Origin: Cyanobacteria bacterium P01_A01_bin.123
Lineage (GTDB): Bacteria; Cyanobacteriota; Cyanobacteriia; Phormidesmidales; Phormidesmidaceae
Reading direction: 5' to 3'
Assembly: GCA_039815185.1 (NCBI GenBank)
Contig: JBCBZT010000039.1
Span: 1-64,000 of the forward strand
Length of the DNA stretch: 64,000 bases
This document shows, one piece after another, positions 1 through 8,934 of the stretch (its first letter is position 1; each line of letters starts with the position of its first letter). The notes under the pieces were generated by a model. That model was not told the DNA's origin, did no database searches, and worked only from the letters and a program-made list of their open reading frames with translations. Made by a program: the position numbers and the translations under genes.

Positions 1-1
1 C

Positions 2-925
2 CAGAGTGCAGCGTTTTCGCCCGATGGCAACACCCTGGCCTCGGCCAGCGCTGACGACACCGTGAAGCTGTGGAGCCTGGAGGGAGAAGTTCTGCAAACT
101 CTCGAAGGCCATAGCGATTTGGTCAGGGGTGTGACCTTTTCGCCCGATGGCAACACCCTGGCCTCTGCTAGCGCTGACAACACCGTGAAGCTGTGGAACC
201 TAGAGGGAGAGGTTCTGCAAACCCTCCAAGGCCATGGCAAAGCCGTCTTGAGTGTAGCGTTTTCGCCCGATGGCAACACCCTGGCCTCGGCCAGCGCTGA
301 CGACACCGTGAAGCTGTGGAGCCTGGAGGGAGAAGTTCTGCAAACTCTCGAAGGCCATAGCGATTCGGTCAGTAGTGTGACCTTTTCGCCCGATGGCAAT
401 ACTCTGGCCTCGGCCAGCGCTGACGACACCGTGAAACTGTGGAGCCTGGAGGGAGAAGTTCTGCAAACTCTCGAAGGCCATAGCGATTCGGTCAGTAGTG
501 TAACCTTTTCGCCCGATGGCAATACTCTGGCCTCTGCTAGCACTGACGACACCGTGAAGCTGTGGAGCCTGGAGGGAGAGGTTCTGCAAACTCTTGAAGG
601 CCATAGCGATTCGGTCAGTAGTGTAACCTTTTCGCCCGATGGCAACACCCTGGCCTCTACTAGCGCTGACAACACCGTGAAGCTGTGGAACCTGGAGGGA
701 GAAGTTCTGCAAACTCTCGAAGGCCATAGCGATTCGGTCAGGAGTGTGACCTTTTTGCCCGATGGCAATACTCTCGCCTCCGCGAGTTGGGACGCAAGGA
801 TTATTTTATGGAATCTAGACCCAGAAGATTTGCTGACTAAAGCCTGTGACTGGCTTCGCCCCTACCTCACCCACAACCCCAACGTCAGCGCCGAAGATCG
901 CGCCCTCTGCCTCAACATCGAGTAG
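2..925 (+). CDS. WD40-repeat protein, 3' part only (5' end lies outside the window); probably the sensor end of a STAND/NLR-like protein
   Basis: The frame is open from base 2 (QSAAFSPDGNTLASASADDTVKLW...). It carries 41-aa GH...W repeats and ends in the cap LWNLDPEDLLTKACDWLRPYL, which resembles the end of the 47056..51966 protein. Confidence 0.9.
   Translation, partial: QSAAFSPDGNTLASASADDTVKLWSLEGEVLQTLEGHSDLVRGVTFSPDGNTLASASADNTVKLWNLEGEVLQTLQGHGKAVLSVAFSPDGNTLASASADDTVKLWSLEGEVLQTLEGHSDSVSSVTFSPDGNTLASASADDTVKLWSLEGEVLQTLEGHSDSVSSVTFSPDGNTLASASTDDTVKLWSLEGEVLQTLEGHSDSVSSVTFSPDGNTLASTSADNTVKLWNLEGEVLQTLEGHSDSVRSVTFLPDGNTLASASWDARIILWNLDPEDLLTKACDWLRPYLTHNPNVSAEDRALCLNIE
62..799 (+). repeat. 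Tandem near-identical 123-bp WD40-coding repeats
   Basis: The unit GTGAAGCTGTGGA(G/A)CCT.GAGGGAGA... starts at 62, 185, 308, 431, 554 and 677, with a partial unit before 62. Confidence 0.95.
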
Positions 926-1721
926 CGCATCCACCTCCAGAAACCGGGTTTCTTGTCAACTTTGCTCTCATCCTCAAACCTAGCTCCAGAAACCCGGTTT
1001 CTCAACACCCCTCAACCCACTGCCCAGCGTCAGAACCCTGGGTTTTCTAAAAACCCAGGGTTCTTGGCCAAGGGACACATCTAGTTCTTTAACTTTCGCC
1101 TGCAACTGGCTCACCCCCTATCTCCTCGCCGACCCCGAGCTTAACCGCCTCGACGACGACGACCCCCTCTGCCCCAACATCAACTAGCCCACCCACCCCT
1201 CAGAAATCGGGTTTCTGATCAACCTTGCAACCACCCTCGAAATCCACTCCAGAAACCCGGTTTCTCAACACCCTTTAAATTACTGTGAGGTATCAGATCC
1301 CTGGGTTTTTCGGAAAACCCAGGGATCTCGGTCAAGGCAAACATCTAGTTCTTTAACTTTCGCCTGCAACTGGTTGCGCCCTTACCTCACCTACAATCCC
1401 AAAGTCAGCGACGAAGATCGGCTCTCTGCCCCAACATCAACTAGCCCACCCAACCCCAGAAACCGGGTTTCTTGCCAACTTTGCAACTACCCTCAACCCA
1501 AGTTTCAGCAACCCGGTTTCTCAACACCCCTCAGCCCACTGCCCAGGGTTAGATCCCTGGGTTTTTCGGAAAACCCAGGGATCTTGGCTACCAACACCTC
1601 TAGCTTTTTGCCCCAACATCACCTGAAAAACTATCCCTCTGCCCCAAACTCAACCCCAGAAACCGGGTTTCTTACCAACCTTGCCATCATCCTCAAATCC
1701 AACTCCAGAAACCCGGTTTCT
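842..1721 (+). repeat. Composite ~260-bp tandem units: WD40-gene tail copy + inverted AGAAACC(G/C)GGTTTCT pair + CCCTGGGTTTT..AAAACCCAGGG hairpin
   Basis: Tail copies start at 842, 1098 and 1362. Palindrome pairs are at 939/988, 1202/1251, 1458/1507 and 1658/1707, each with a 34-nt spacer. Hairpins are at 1032-1064, 1295-1328 and 1551-1584. Confidence 0.9.
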
Positions 1722-1771
1722 CAACGCCCTTCAGCCCAGCCGTCCGGTTTATTTCTGAGATATGTTACACC

Positions 1772-1777
1772 TGTACA
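1772..1777. promoter_or_regulatory. Possible YefM operator core (TGTACA)
   Basis: The palindrome TGTACA ends about 22 nt upstream of the yefM-like ATG. TGTACA is the core of the E. coli yefM-yoeB operator. It is only a hexamer. Confidence 0.35.
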
Positions 1778-1799
1778 AGTAAACAGACATGTCACGCAC

Positions 1800-2059
1800 A
1801 TGAAAATAGTCACCTTCACCGAAGCCAGAAATAAACTGAAAGCCGTTCTAGATCAGGTCGCTAATGATGCTGACTATGCAGTCATCATTAGACGAGATGC
1901 AGATGACGCAGTCGTAATGTCCCTTGAATTGAATATTTCAATAGTTTGCTTGAAACCGTTCATCTGCTGAAATCCCCAGCCAATGCCGCCCATTTGGAAC
2001 GCTCCATCGCCCAGTACAGGCAAGGACAGGTAACCGAGCAAGACTTACTAGATGAGTAG
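1800..2059 (+). pseudogene. yefM: Phd/YefM-family antitoxin, frameshifted
   Basis: It reads MKIVTFTEARNKLKAVLDQV...VVMSLE, then a 5-bp duplication TTGAA-TTGAA (1924-1933). Removing one copy restores YFNSLLETVHLLKSPANAAHLERSIAQYRQGQVTEQDLLDE*. Confidence 0.85.
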
Positions 2060-2105
2060 CCGGAAATTAGCCTGGACCGATGAAGCCTGGAGCGACTATG
2101 TCTAT
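2052..2105 (+). pseudogene. yoeB: Txe/YoeB-family toxin, truncated N-terminal fragment
   Basis: MSSRKLAWTDEAWSDYVY overlaps the antitoxin end and looks like a YoeB start. Similarity stops exactly at the stop codon of the convergent gene (2106). Confidence 0.75.
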
Positions 2106-3203
2106 TCAATCGTGAATGGTGCCGTTCGGCATGATCGTACCTGTGAGCTTAGTGCCCGTCAGCTTCACCATAATCTTGTCGCCAAAGCCGACCCGCGCGC
2201 CGCTCAAGTCCGCCCCGCTGAGATCCGCCCCGCTGAGATCCGCCCCAATCAAATTCGCTTCTCGCAGATTGGCGTGGCTCAGATCCGCTTGCAGCAAGTT
2301 GGCCCGAAACAGCTTGGCTCGGTGTAAGTTAGCCCGGTTCAAAATAATCTTGTGCAAAAAGGCATCGCTTAAGTCAGCATCGCTCAAGTCTGAACCGCTG
2401 AGGTTACGTCCAGAAAAGTCTTTTTCGCTCAGATTAGCGCCGCGAAAATTGGAATTGCTTAAATCTGGGTCGGTTTGCCGGGCTCGGTAAGCATTGTGGG
2501 AGTAACTGCTAGATGAAGCGCGACCATTGCCGCTAGCCGATCCAGACCGACTGCTTGCCCCGTTTGTATAGCTAGCATCGCGCCCGGTGCCAGCACCGTT
2601 GCCATTACTTGACACTTGGTACCCTGTCGCACTGTTGGCGCTGCTGCTGGCTTTGCTAGTTGTGCTGCTGGCATCATAGGTGCCGTAGGGTTTGCCCCCG
2701 TTCTGGGAACTCCCATTCTGGGCTGACCCGTTTTGAGTCGCCCCGCTTTGAGCAGACTGATAGCGCTGATAATAGCTCTGGTAACGCGACTGATAGCCGC
2801 TGTTATAGGTCGCGTAGGGCGGACGATGGCCATAAGCGGCATGGGCGGCATAGGCAGAAGATGGGCCATAGGTAGAGGCTCGTGCCTGGGCTTCTCTGCG
2901 AGCCCGATAGCCCGATGCATAGCTCGGAGAACCCGTAGTGGCAGTACTAGCCGAGGCCTGCGATCGCGCCCCGGATTCCACCTTAGTCTTACCACTGCTG
3001 CCCTTGAACTTACGCAGGCGATCGCGGGCGTGATTCAACTGCTTTAATTTTTCCTGGGCCTTATGCACCAATCGCTCATTTTCCTTGGGGATGCGATCGG
3101 GATGCCAAATAAAAACCAGGTCTTTATAGGCCTGGTTAATGTCCTCCAGGGAAGCACCAGGCTCTAGGTCGAGCACTCTATAGGCTTTGTCTATCTCGTA
3201 CAT
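2106..3203 (-). CDS. J-domain (DnaJ) protein with low-complexity linker and C-terminal pentapeptide repeats
   Basis: AYRVLDL...WHPDR contains the HPD motif. A(D/N)LSG pentapeptide repeats lie at the C-terminus. Confidence 0.9.
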   Translation of the reverse strand: MYEIDKAYRVLDLEPGASLEDINQAYKDLVFIWHPDRIPKENERLVHKAQEKLKQLNHARDRLRKFKGSSGKTKVESGARSQASASTATTGSPSYASGYRARREAQARASTYGPSSAYAAHAAYGHRPPYATYNSGYQSRYQSYYQRYQSAQSGATQNGSAQNGSSQNGGKPYGTYDASSTTSKASSSANSATGYQVSSNGNGAGTGRDASYTNGASSRSGSASGNGRASSSSYSHNAYRARQTDPDLSNSNFRGANLSEKDFSGRNLSGSDLSDADLSDAFLHKIILNRANLHRAKLFRANLLQADLSHANLREANLIGADLSGADLSGADLSGARVGFGDKIMVKLTGTKLTGTIMPNGTIHD

Positions 3204-3432
3204 TAAGCTTTAGGGATAGTTGCGTTGCCAACATTGCTCAGACCAGCGCGCCTCCGCCTGCGCATTTGTATATTTATGTTTTTAAAGATAGCGTTCTTCT
3301 AGCTGTGATTATGGCGGAAGCGTCCCAGATTAAACCAGAACCACAGCAAAGCTTAAAGATTGGGGTATCTGATTTAAGTCGTCCAAAAAGCCCCTAAGAT
3401 TAAAAAGATCTGTTGGCAGAAGGCGAAGGACA

Positions 3433-4374
3433 ATGCGAATTTTGGTAATGGGGGGAACCCGCTTCATCGGAGTGTCTTTGACCAAACTGTTGGTGGCTCA
3501 AGGCCATGAAGTGGTGCTGTTTAACCGAGGCAATAAGCCTGCCCCCGTTGAAGGGTTGCAGCAAATCCAAGGCGATCGCAAAGATGCAGCCCAGCTCAAA
3601 GACAAGCTGGCCGGGGAATCCTTTGACGCCATTTTTGACAATAATGGTCGAGAACTCAGCGACACCCAGCCGTTAATTGAACTGTTCAACGGCAAGCTAC
3701 AACACTTCGTCTATGTCAGTTCTGCCGGGGTGTATCTCAAATCAGATCAAATGCCCCACATTGAAGGCGATGCTGTAGACCCCAACAGCCGCCATAAAGG
3801 CAAGTTTCAAACCGAAGCCTATCTCGAAAGTCAGGGTGTCCCCTTTACCGCCGTTCGCCCGGTTTATATTTACGGCCCTCAAAACTATAACGATCTAGAA
3901 GCCTGGTTTTTTGACCGCATCACCCGCGATCGCCCCTTGCCCATCCCCGGTAGCGGCATGGCCCTGACCCAGCTGGGCCACATAGAAGATTTGGCCCAAG
4001 CCATGGTGGCAGTGTTGGGAAATTCCCAAGCCATTGGCCAGGTTTATAACATCTCAGGCGATCGCGCCGTCAGCTTTGATGGCCTCGCCCGCAGTTGCGC
4101 CGTTGCCGCAGGTAAAGCACCAGAGTCGATCGAACTGGTTCACTATGATCCCAAACAGTTTGATTTTGGTAAGCGCAAAGCCTTTCCCATGCGGGTTCAG
4201 CACTTTTTTACAGCCATTGACAAAGCCAAAGCCCAACTCAACTGGAAACCCAGCTTTGACCTTGTTTCCGGGTTAAAAGACTCGTTTGTTAAAGACTATC
4301 TGACCAGCGATCGCGGCAGTACAGATATCGATTTTTCCCTCGATGATCAGATTCTAGGGCGCGTCACCCGTTAA
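3433..4374 (+). CDS. NAD-dependent epimerase/dehydratase family protein (CSP41-like)
   Basis: It has a GGTRFIG Rossmann motif plus YVSSAGVY and RPVYIYGP. Confidence 0.85.
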   Translation: MRILVMGGTRFIGVSLTKLLVAQGHEVVLFNRGNKPAPVEGLQQIQGDRKDAAQLKDKLAGESFDAIFDNNGRELSDTQPLIELFNGKLQHFVYVSSAGVYLKSDQMPHIEGDAVDPNSRHKGKFQTEAYLESQGVPFTAVRPVYIYGPQNYNDLEAWFFDRITRDRPLPIPGSGMALTQLGHIEDLAQAMVAVLGNSQAIGQVYNISGDRAVSFDGLARSCAVAAGKAPESIELVHYDPKQFDFGKRKAFPMRVQHFFTAIDKAKAQLNWKPSFDLVSGLKDSFVKDYLTSDRGSTDIDFSLDDQILGRVTR

Positions 4375-4385
4375 AGTCAGCGCTA

Positions 4386-4877
4386 CTACTGGCGGCGGGA
4401 ATGACGCTTTTTCCGAGAAATTTGAGCAGCGGCGGCAGCCTCATAGATTTGCACCATACCCGTTTCTTGAACACCGCAGATTAGGGCAGGGCCATCAGGG
4501 CTGCCAATTTTGATCAGTGCACCCAAGCGATAGACTGTGCCAGGGGTCAAACCGGTTTCCAAAGGGGCGCTGATATTCAAAGTGAGCGGGTAATCCAGCT
4601 GATCGATGCGGGTGATGTCTTGGCATTCTCCCAGGGGGATGGTTGTGCTGTGGGTCGTTGGCTTGGCGTAAAATTCAGCTTGAATGGTGGGTGTCAGGGC
4701 TAAAAGCGCGATCGCATTCGTACCTTGAAACGTCACCGAAAGCTGCACTGCAAAAGGCTGAGTTGCCGACAAGATAGCCGTATCAGCCATCGCGTTTGCG
4801 TTTGGGTCTAACACCTCCAGAGGCGAAAGTTCACAGGCAATGGGGATCGACGTTAGGTAGAGCGTATCCATTGGCAA
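4386..4877 (-). CDS. Hypothetical protein (beta-rich, basic tail)
   Basis: 163-aa ORF starting 3 bp after the upstream ORF ends; no motif recognised. Confidence 0.65.
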   Translation of the reverse strand: MPMDTLYLTSIPIACELSPLEVLDPNANAMADTAILSATQPFAVQLSVTFQGTNAIALLALTPTIQAEFYAKPTTHSTTIPLGECQDITRIDQLDYPLTLNISAPLETGLTPGTVYRLGALIKIGSPDGPALICGVQETGMVQIYEAAAAAQISRKKRHSRRQ

Positions 4878-4880
4878 GTG

Positions 4881-5234
4881 TTACAGCCCCAACTGTTTGA
4901 CAACGATTTCCTGGGCTCGTTCTGACAGTTTATCAAGCATGATGCTATCAGAATCTGAGTCGATCAGCCCTTCTTTTTGCATTAGCTCGACCATGGTTTG
5001 GTAAATGATATCTTCTGCCTTTTGGGCTTGTTCAGACAGCCAAAGATGGGTTTCTTTGTCTTCTGGGAATTGGTCAATGCAGCCATGGGTATAGTTGCGA
5101 AATCGACGAACCTGTTGAAGGAGTCGAGCCAAGTATCCGGGACACTCGCAGGCAATCACCTCGGCGGCTCTGCAAACCTCAAGCAATCCTTCATCGGACA
5201 AGTTTGAAAGCGGAATCGTTCTCAATTCGGTCAT
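4881..5234 (-). CDS. Hypothetical small helical protein with CECP motif
   Basis: 117-aa ORF with a CAGGA RBS-like sequence upstream; contains IACECPGYL...GC...ETH. Confidence 0.75.
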   Translation of the reverse strand: MTELRTIPLSNLSDEGLLEVCRAAEVIACECPGYLARLLQQVRRFRNYTHGCIDQFPEDKETHLWLSEQAQKAEDIIYQTMVELMQKEGLIDSDSDSIMLDKLSERAQEIVVKQLGL

Positions 5235-5594
5235 TTGTGCTTAATCCTGTCTGTACAAACACGTAATTTATAATGTCAATAAGCAGTACTTGATACAGGG
5301 CTTTTGGGTGATCGGATGACTCAATCCCCGAGCGCTACACACCGATATACAAAGCACGCAGCTATTAATATAAACCTCGTTCCCATCCAAAGCCATAGGG
5401 TTTCCTTGAACTAAAAATGCTGATTTTCAAATCGGATACAGTTTAGACATCTAGACTTAGGCCTTGAAAGTATCTAGGGTAACCTTGGAATGTTTGGATA
5501 TGTCATCAGAATTTTGTATCAGGATTTTGTGTCCAGCTAAAGCCTGGAAAATTTGAGCCAATTTGAGCCATCTATGGCGGAGTGTTTATTCCCA

Positions 5595-5987
5595 ATGAAT
5601 GTTCTAACCCCAACCCAAGTTGTTGCTGCCTACTTTAATCAAATGCAGGCGATGAATCCTGCCCAGTGGCAAGCGTTGTTTGCCACTGGCGGAGTTAGCT
5701 ACGATCCGATTGGCAACCCACCCAGCTATCCCGAGACAGAGGCCGAAAAGTTTTTTGCCATGCTGGGTGCAGCGATCGAACAAATGGAGGTGGTGCCAGA
5801 GGCAATTTTTCCAGTCGGTCAGCACCATGTGGCGGCCAAATGGACCATGCGCGTGGTTAGCAAACAAGGACGCCAAGGTGAAGCCGAAGGCATCACGACT
5901 TTTGTTCTAGATGACGTTGGCAAGATTAAAACCGTGTCGTCCTATTGGGATGACAAAGCGTTGATGGCTCAGTTGCGGGGCGGATAA
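5595..5987 (+). CDS. NTF2/SnoaL-like (ketosteroid isomerase-like) protein
   Basis: Pattern VAAYF...ALFA...DPIG...EGITTF...GKI...SYWD. The start is uncertain (5553, 5574 or 5595). Confidence 0.8.
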   Translation: MNVLTPTQVVAAYFNQMQAMNPAQWQALFATGGVSYDPIGNPPSYPETEAEKFFAMLGAAIEQMEVVPEAIFPVGQHHVAAKWTMRVVSKQGRQGEAEGITTFVLDDVGKIKTVSSYWDDKALMAQLRGG

Positions 5988-5993
5988 TCGGGT

Positions 5994-6788
5994 ATGAAAG
6001 CTTTAAAGCTGCTCAATGTTGCCCGAACTTTGCTGTCCGTGTACTACGCCTACATGGTGGAATATCGGGCCGAGCTCCTATTTTGGGTGCTCTCGGGTAC
6101 ATTTCCATTGATTCTCATGGGAATTTGGACAGAGGCGGCTCGCAGTGGTCAATTTGGCCTGTCCCCGACAGAATTTGTCCGCTATTTTTTGGCGGTGTTT
6201 ATGGTGCGTCAGTTTACGGTGGTCTGGGTGGTCTGGGAATTTGAGCGGGAGGTGTTGCAGGGCAAGCTTTCCCCCTTATTGCTGCAACCGATTGATCCCG
6301 TGTGGCGGCACTTTTTTAGTCACGTGGCTGAACGGTTTGCTCGCTTGCCCTTTGCCATGATTTTGATTGGGTTCTTCCTGTGGTTATATCCCGATGCCCG
6401 TTGGATGCCAAGTCTAAAGGGGTGGGGGCTGGGCTTAGGGGCGATCGCGCTGTCATTTTGCCTCCGCTTTTTGATGCAGTACACCCTGGCTATGCTGGCG
6501 TTTTGGACGGAGCGAGCCAGCGCCATTGAACAGTTTTTCTTTTTGCTCTATCTGTTTCTTTCCGGCATGATTGCGCCATTAGAGATGTTTCCCGAAGCAG
6601 TGCGGGCAGTGGTGCTGTGGACGCCGTTTCCCTACATGATTTACTTTCCAGCCAGTGTATTGGTCGGGTTACCCGTTGATTTGGGTCAAGGGCTGCTGAC
6701 GATCGGGCTTTGGGGCGCTGTATTTTTCGGCATCAATCGTTGGCTGTGGCGCAAAGGGCTTAGGCAATATTCGGGGATGGGGGCGTGA
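5994..6788 (+). CDS. ABC-2 family transporter permease (DUF990-like)
   Basis: Multi-TM protein with YRAE, G.LS..LLQP and FLSG..APLE.FP motifs. Confidence 0.85.
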   Translation: MKALKLLNVARTLLSVYYAYMVEYRAELLFWVLSGTFPLILMGIWTEAARSGQFGLSPTEFVRYFLAVFMVRQFTVVWVVWEFEREVLQGKLSPLLLQPIDPVWRHFFSHVAERFARLPFAMILIGFFLWLYPDARWMPSLKGWGLGLGAIALSFCLRFLMQYTLAMLAFWTERASAIEQFFFLLYLFLSGMIAPLEMFPEAVRAVVLWTPFPYMIYFPASVLVGLPVDLGQGLLTIGLWGAVFFGINRWLWRKGLRQYSGMGA

Positions 6789-7570
6789 TGGGGCGTTATT
6801 TCAAAGTATTGGGGTTGTTCTGGCAAACCGCGATCGCGGCTGAGCTAGAGTATCGGCTGAATTTTTTGGTCGCCACGCTGAGCAGTTTGGGCAACTTGGT
6901 GGGCAGTTTGTTTGGGCTGTTTTTGTTCTACCGTACGGGTTACCAGTTTCAGGGTTGGAGTTGGCAAGAGGCGATGGTTGTGCTGGGCATTTTTACGCTA
7001 ATGCAGGGCTTTTCCGCCACATTTTTAGTGCCTAACCTGAACAAAATCGTCACCCACGTCCAAGAAGGCACCCTCGATTTTGTCTTGCTCAAGCCTGTTA
7101 GTTCTCAGTTTTGGCTTTCTGCTCGCACCCTGTCCCCCTGGGGATTTTCCGATTTGCTGTTTGGTTTGATTATTATTGTCTATGCAGGCGCTCAGCTCCA
7201 GCTGGCGTGGTGGACTTATTTGCTAAGCCTTTTGCCGCTGCTGTTTGCAGTCGTGAGTCTGTATAGTCTTTGGTTTATTTTGGGGGCCACTAGCATTTGG
7301 TTTGTCAAAATCTACAATGTCACCGAGGTGCTACGGGGGCTGCTGGAGGCAGGGCGGTTTCCAATGGTGGCCTATCCTGCCGCTTACCGGGTATTTTTTA
7401 CCTTTATTATTCCGGTGGCGTTTTTGACTACGGTGCCGGCCCAAATGATGCTGCAACGAGCTGAGGGAGGCTGGATTCTCGGATCGGCACTTTTAGCCGG
7501 GGCACTCTTGCTCGGATCAAACTTGTGGTGGCGGTTTGCCCTGCGGTTTTATACCAGTGCGTCGAGCTAG
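6785..7570 (+). CDS. ABC-2 family transporter permease (DUF990-like)
   Basis: EYRLNF, EGTLDFVLLKP, GRFP..AYP and YTSASS end; overlaps the upstream permease. Confidence 0.85.
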   Translation: MMGRYFKVLGLFWQTAIAAELEYRLNFLVATLSSLGNLVGSLFGLFLFYRTGYQFQGWSWQEAMVVLGIFTLMQGFSATFLVPNLNKIVTHVQEGTLDFVLLKPVSSQFWLSARTLSPWGFSDLLFGLIIIVYAGAQLQLAWWTYLLSLLPLLFAVVSLYSLWFILGATSIWFVKIYNVTEVLRGLLEAGRFPMVAYPAAYRVFFTFIIPVAFLTTVPAQMMLQRAEGGWILGSALLAGALLLGSNLWWRFALRFYTSASS

Positions 7571-7699
7571 ACTCAATTTTTCCTGGAGGCGCTAAATCTT
7601 GTAGAAGTCTTAAAAGATTCTGGGTCTATTTTGGGAAAAATTGACTGTGAAAGCCCATTCAATCATGCCATTACGAGTCCACCCAACCCATTGCCCACT

Positions 7700-8872
7700 A
7701 TGAGAATTCTTGTTGCAAGCCACACCTACATCGTTGACCTCAACTGCGAAAAGCTGCGTGCCCTGGCCAACCTGGATGATTCGGTGGAAGTGACCATTGT
7801 GGTGCCCAAGCGCTGGAAACCTGGTGGGGTACAAAATCGCCTGATTGAAACCCAACCCCAACAAGCAGGGCGGTTTCGGATCGTGCCCGTTTCTAACTTT
7901 AGTGAAAACAATCAGGGGTTACTGCTGTTTGGGGCAGACTTGATTAAGCTGCTGCGGGAGTTTCGACCCCACATCATTCAGGTGGAGCAGGGGTCTAAGG
8001 CACTGGCCTATGCCCAAACAATTACGCTCAATCGGGTATTGGGGTTAAAGGCCAAAAATGTCTTTTTCACCTGGTGGAATTTGCCTTACGAGCTGAAATT
8101 TCCGGTTTCACTCATTGAGCAGTACACCCTGGGACAAACCAATGGGGTGGTGGTTGGCAACCAAGATGGGGCGGACATTTTGCGCGATCGCGGCTATGGT
8201 GGCCCGATTAAGGTAATGCCCCAGCTTGGCATAGACGAACAGTTGTTTAAACCCCAAGACCAGCCTGAGTTAGCCCAAAGTTTGGGCATTCAACCCGAAG
8301 ACTTTGTCATTGGTTTTGTGGGCCGATTTGTAGAGGAGAAGGGGCTGTTGACCCTGGCCCAGGCGGTGACAAAACTGGGCGATCGCCCTTGGAAATGGCT
8401 GCTGCTAGGACGCGGCTCCTTAAAAGAATCAGTGATCAAAATCGCTGAGGAGGCAGGCATTCGCGATCGCTTGATTTGGATCGAAAGCGTCCCCCACGAT
8501 GATGTGCCGCGCTACATCAATCTGATGGATACTCTGGTGCTGCCGTCAGAAACCACCTATCGTTTCAAAACGCTGACCGCTGTGGGTTGGAAAGAACAGT
8601 TCGGCCATGTGATCATTGAAGCCATGGCCTGCCGAGTCCCCGTCATTGGTTCTGATTCAGGGGAGATTCCCTACGTCATTGGTGATGCTGGGTTGGTATT
8701 CCCAGAGGCAAATGCTGAGGCGTTGGCAGACTGTTTGACGAAGCTAATCGATCAGCCCAACTTGAAAGAAGACCTGGCTCAAAAAGGCTACGATCGCGCC
8801 ATGGCTCAATACACAAACCACGCCCTAGCACAGCAGCAACTCGACTTTTACCAGGAACTTGTGACTCATTAG
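7700..8872 (+). CDS. hpsO: GT4 glycosyltransferase, HpsO-like (hormogonium polysaccharide biosynthesis)
   Basis: MRILVASHTYIVDLNCEKLRAL start; EQFGHVIIEAMAC GT4 signature. Confidence 0.8.
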   Translation: MRILVASHTYIVDLNCEKLRALANLDDSVEVTIVVPKRWKPGGVQNRLIETQPQQAGRFRIVPVSNFSENNQGLLLFGADLIKLLREFRPHIIQVEQGSKALAYAQTITLNRVLGLKAKNVFFTWWNLPYELKFPVSLIEQYTLGQTNGVVVGNQDGADILRDRGYGGPIKVMPQLGIDEQLFKPQDQPELAQSLGIQPEDFVIGFVGRFVEEKGLLTLAQAVTKLGDRPWKWLLLGRGSLKESVIKIAEEAGIRDRLIWIESVPHDDVPRYINLMDTLVLPSETTYRFKTLTAVGWKEQFGHVIIEAMACRVPVIGSDSGEIPYVIGDAGLVFPEANAEALADCLTKLIDQPNLKEDLAQKGYDRAMAQYTNHALAQQQLDFYQELVTH

Positions 8873-8934
8873 AGTCGTCCGAGACCCAAGATAGCGCGGG
8901 TTTTTCACCGTTAGATCGCTGCTATCTTTACGGC

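Noticed and set aside
200..727. 175-aa repetitive minus-strand ORF
   Set aside because: It is the antisense shadow of the WD40 repeats.
842..1444. Diversity-generating retroelement TR/VR pair
   Set aside because: Differences between tail copies are not adenine-specific and include indels. No reverse transcriptase gene is in the window.
939..1721. CRISPR array (palindromic repeats with 34-nt spacers)
   Set aside because: The repeats are only 15 bp and alternate in orientation, the spacers are homologous to each other, the spacing is irregular, and no cas genes are present.
1374..1970. 198-aa ORF
   Set aside because: It is a chance read-through of a frameshifted tail copy and palindromic repeats into the first half of the broken yefM.
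2052..2327. 91-aa ORF as an intact toxin
   Set aside because: Only the first 18 codons are YoeB-like. The rest is antisense to the pentapeptide repeats.
5553..5987. Orange carotenoid protein C-terminal domain homolog (CTDH)
   Set aside because: An NTF2-like fold is likely, but the CTDH-type PPFE and KLLASP motifs are absent.
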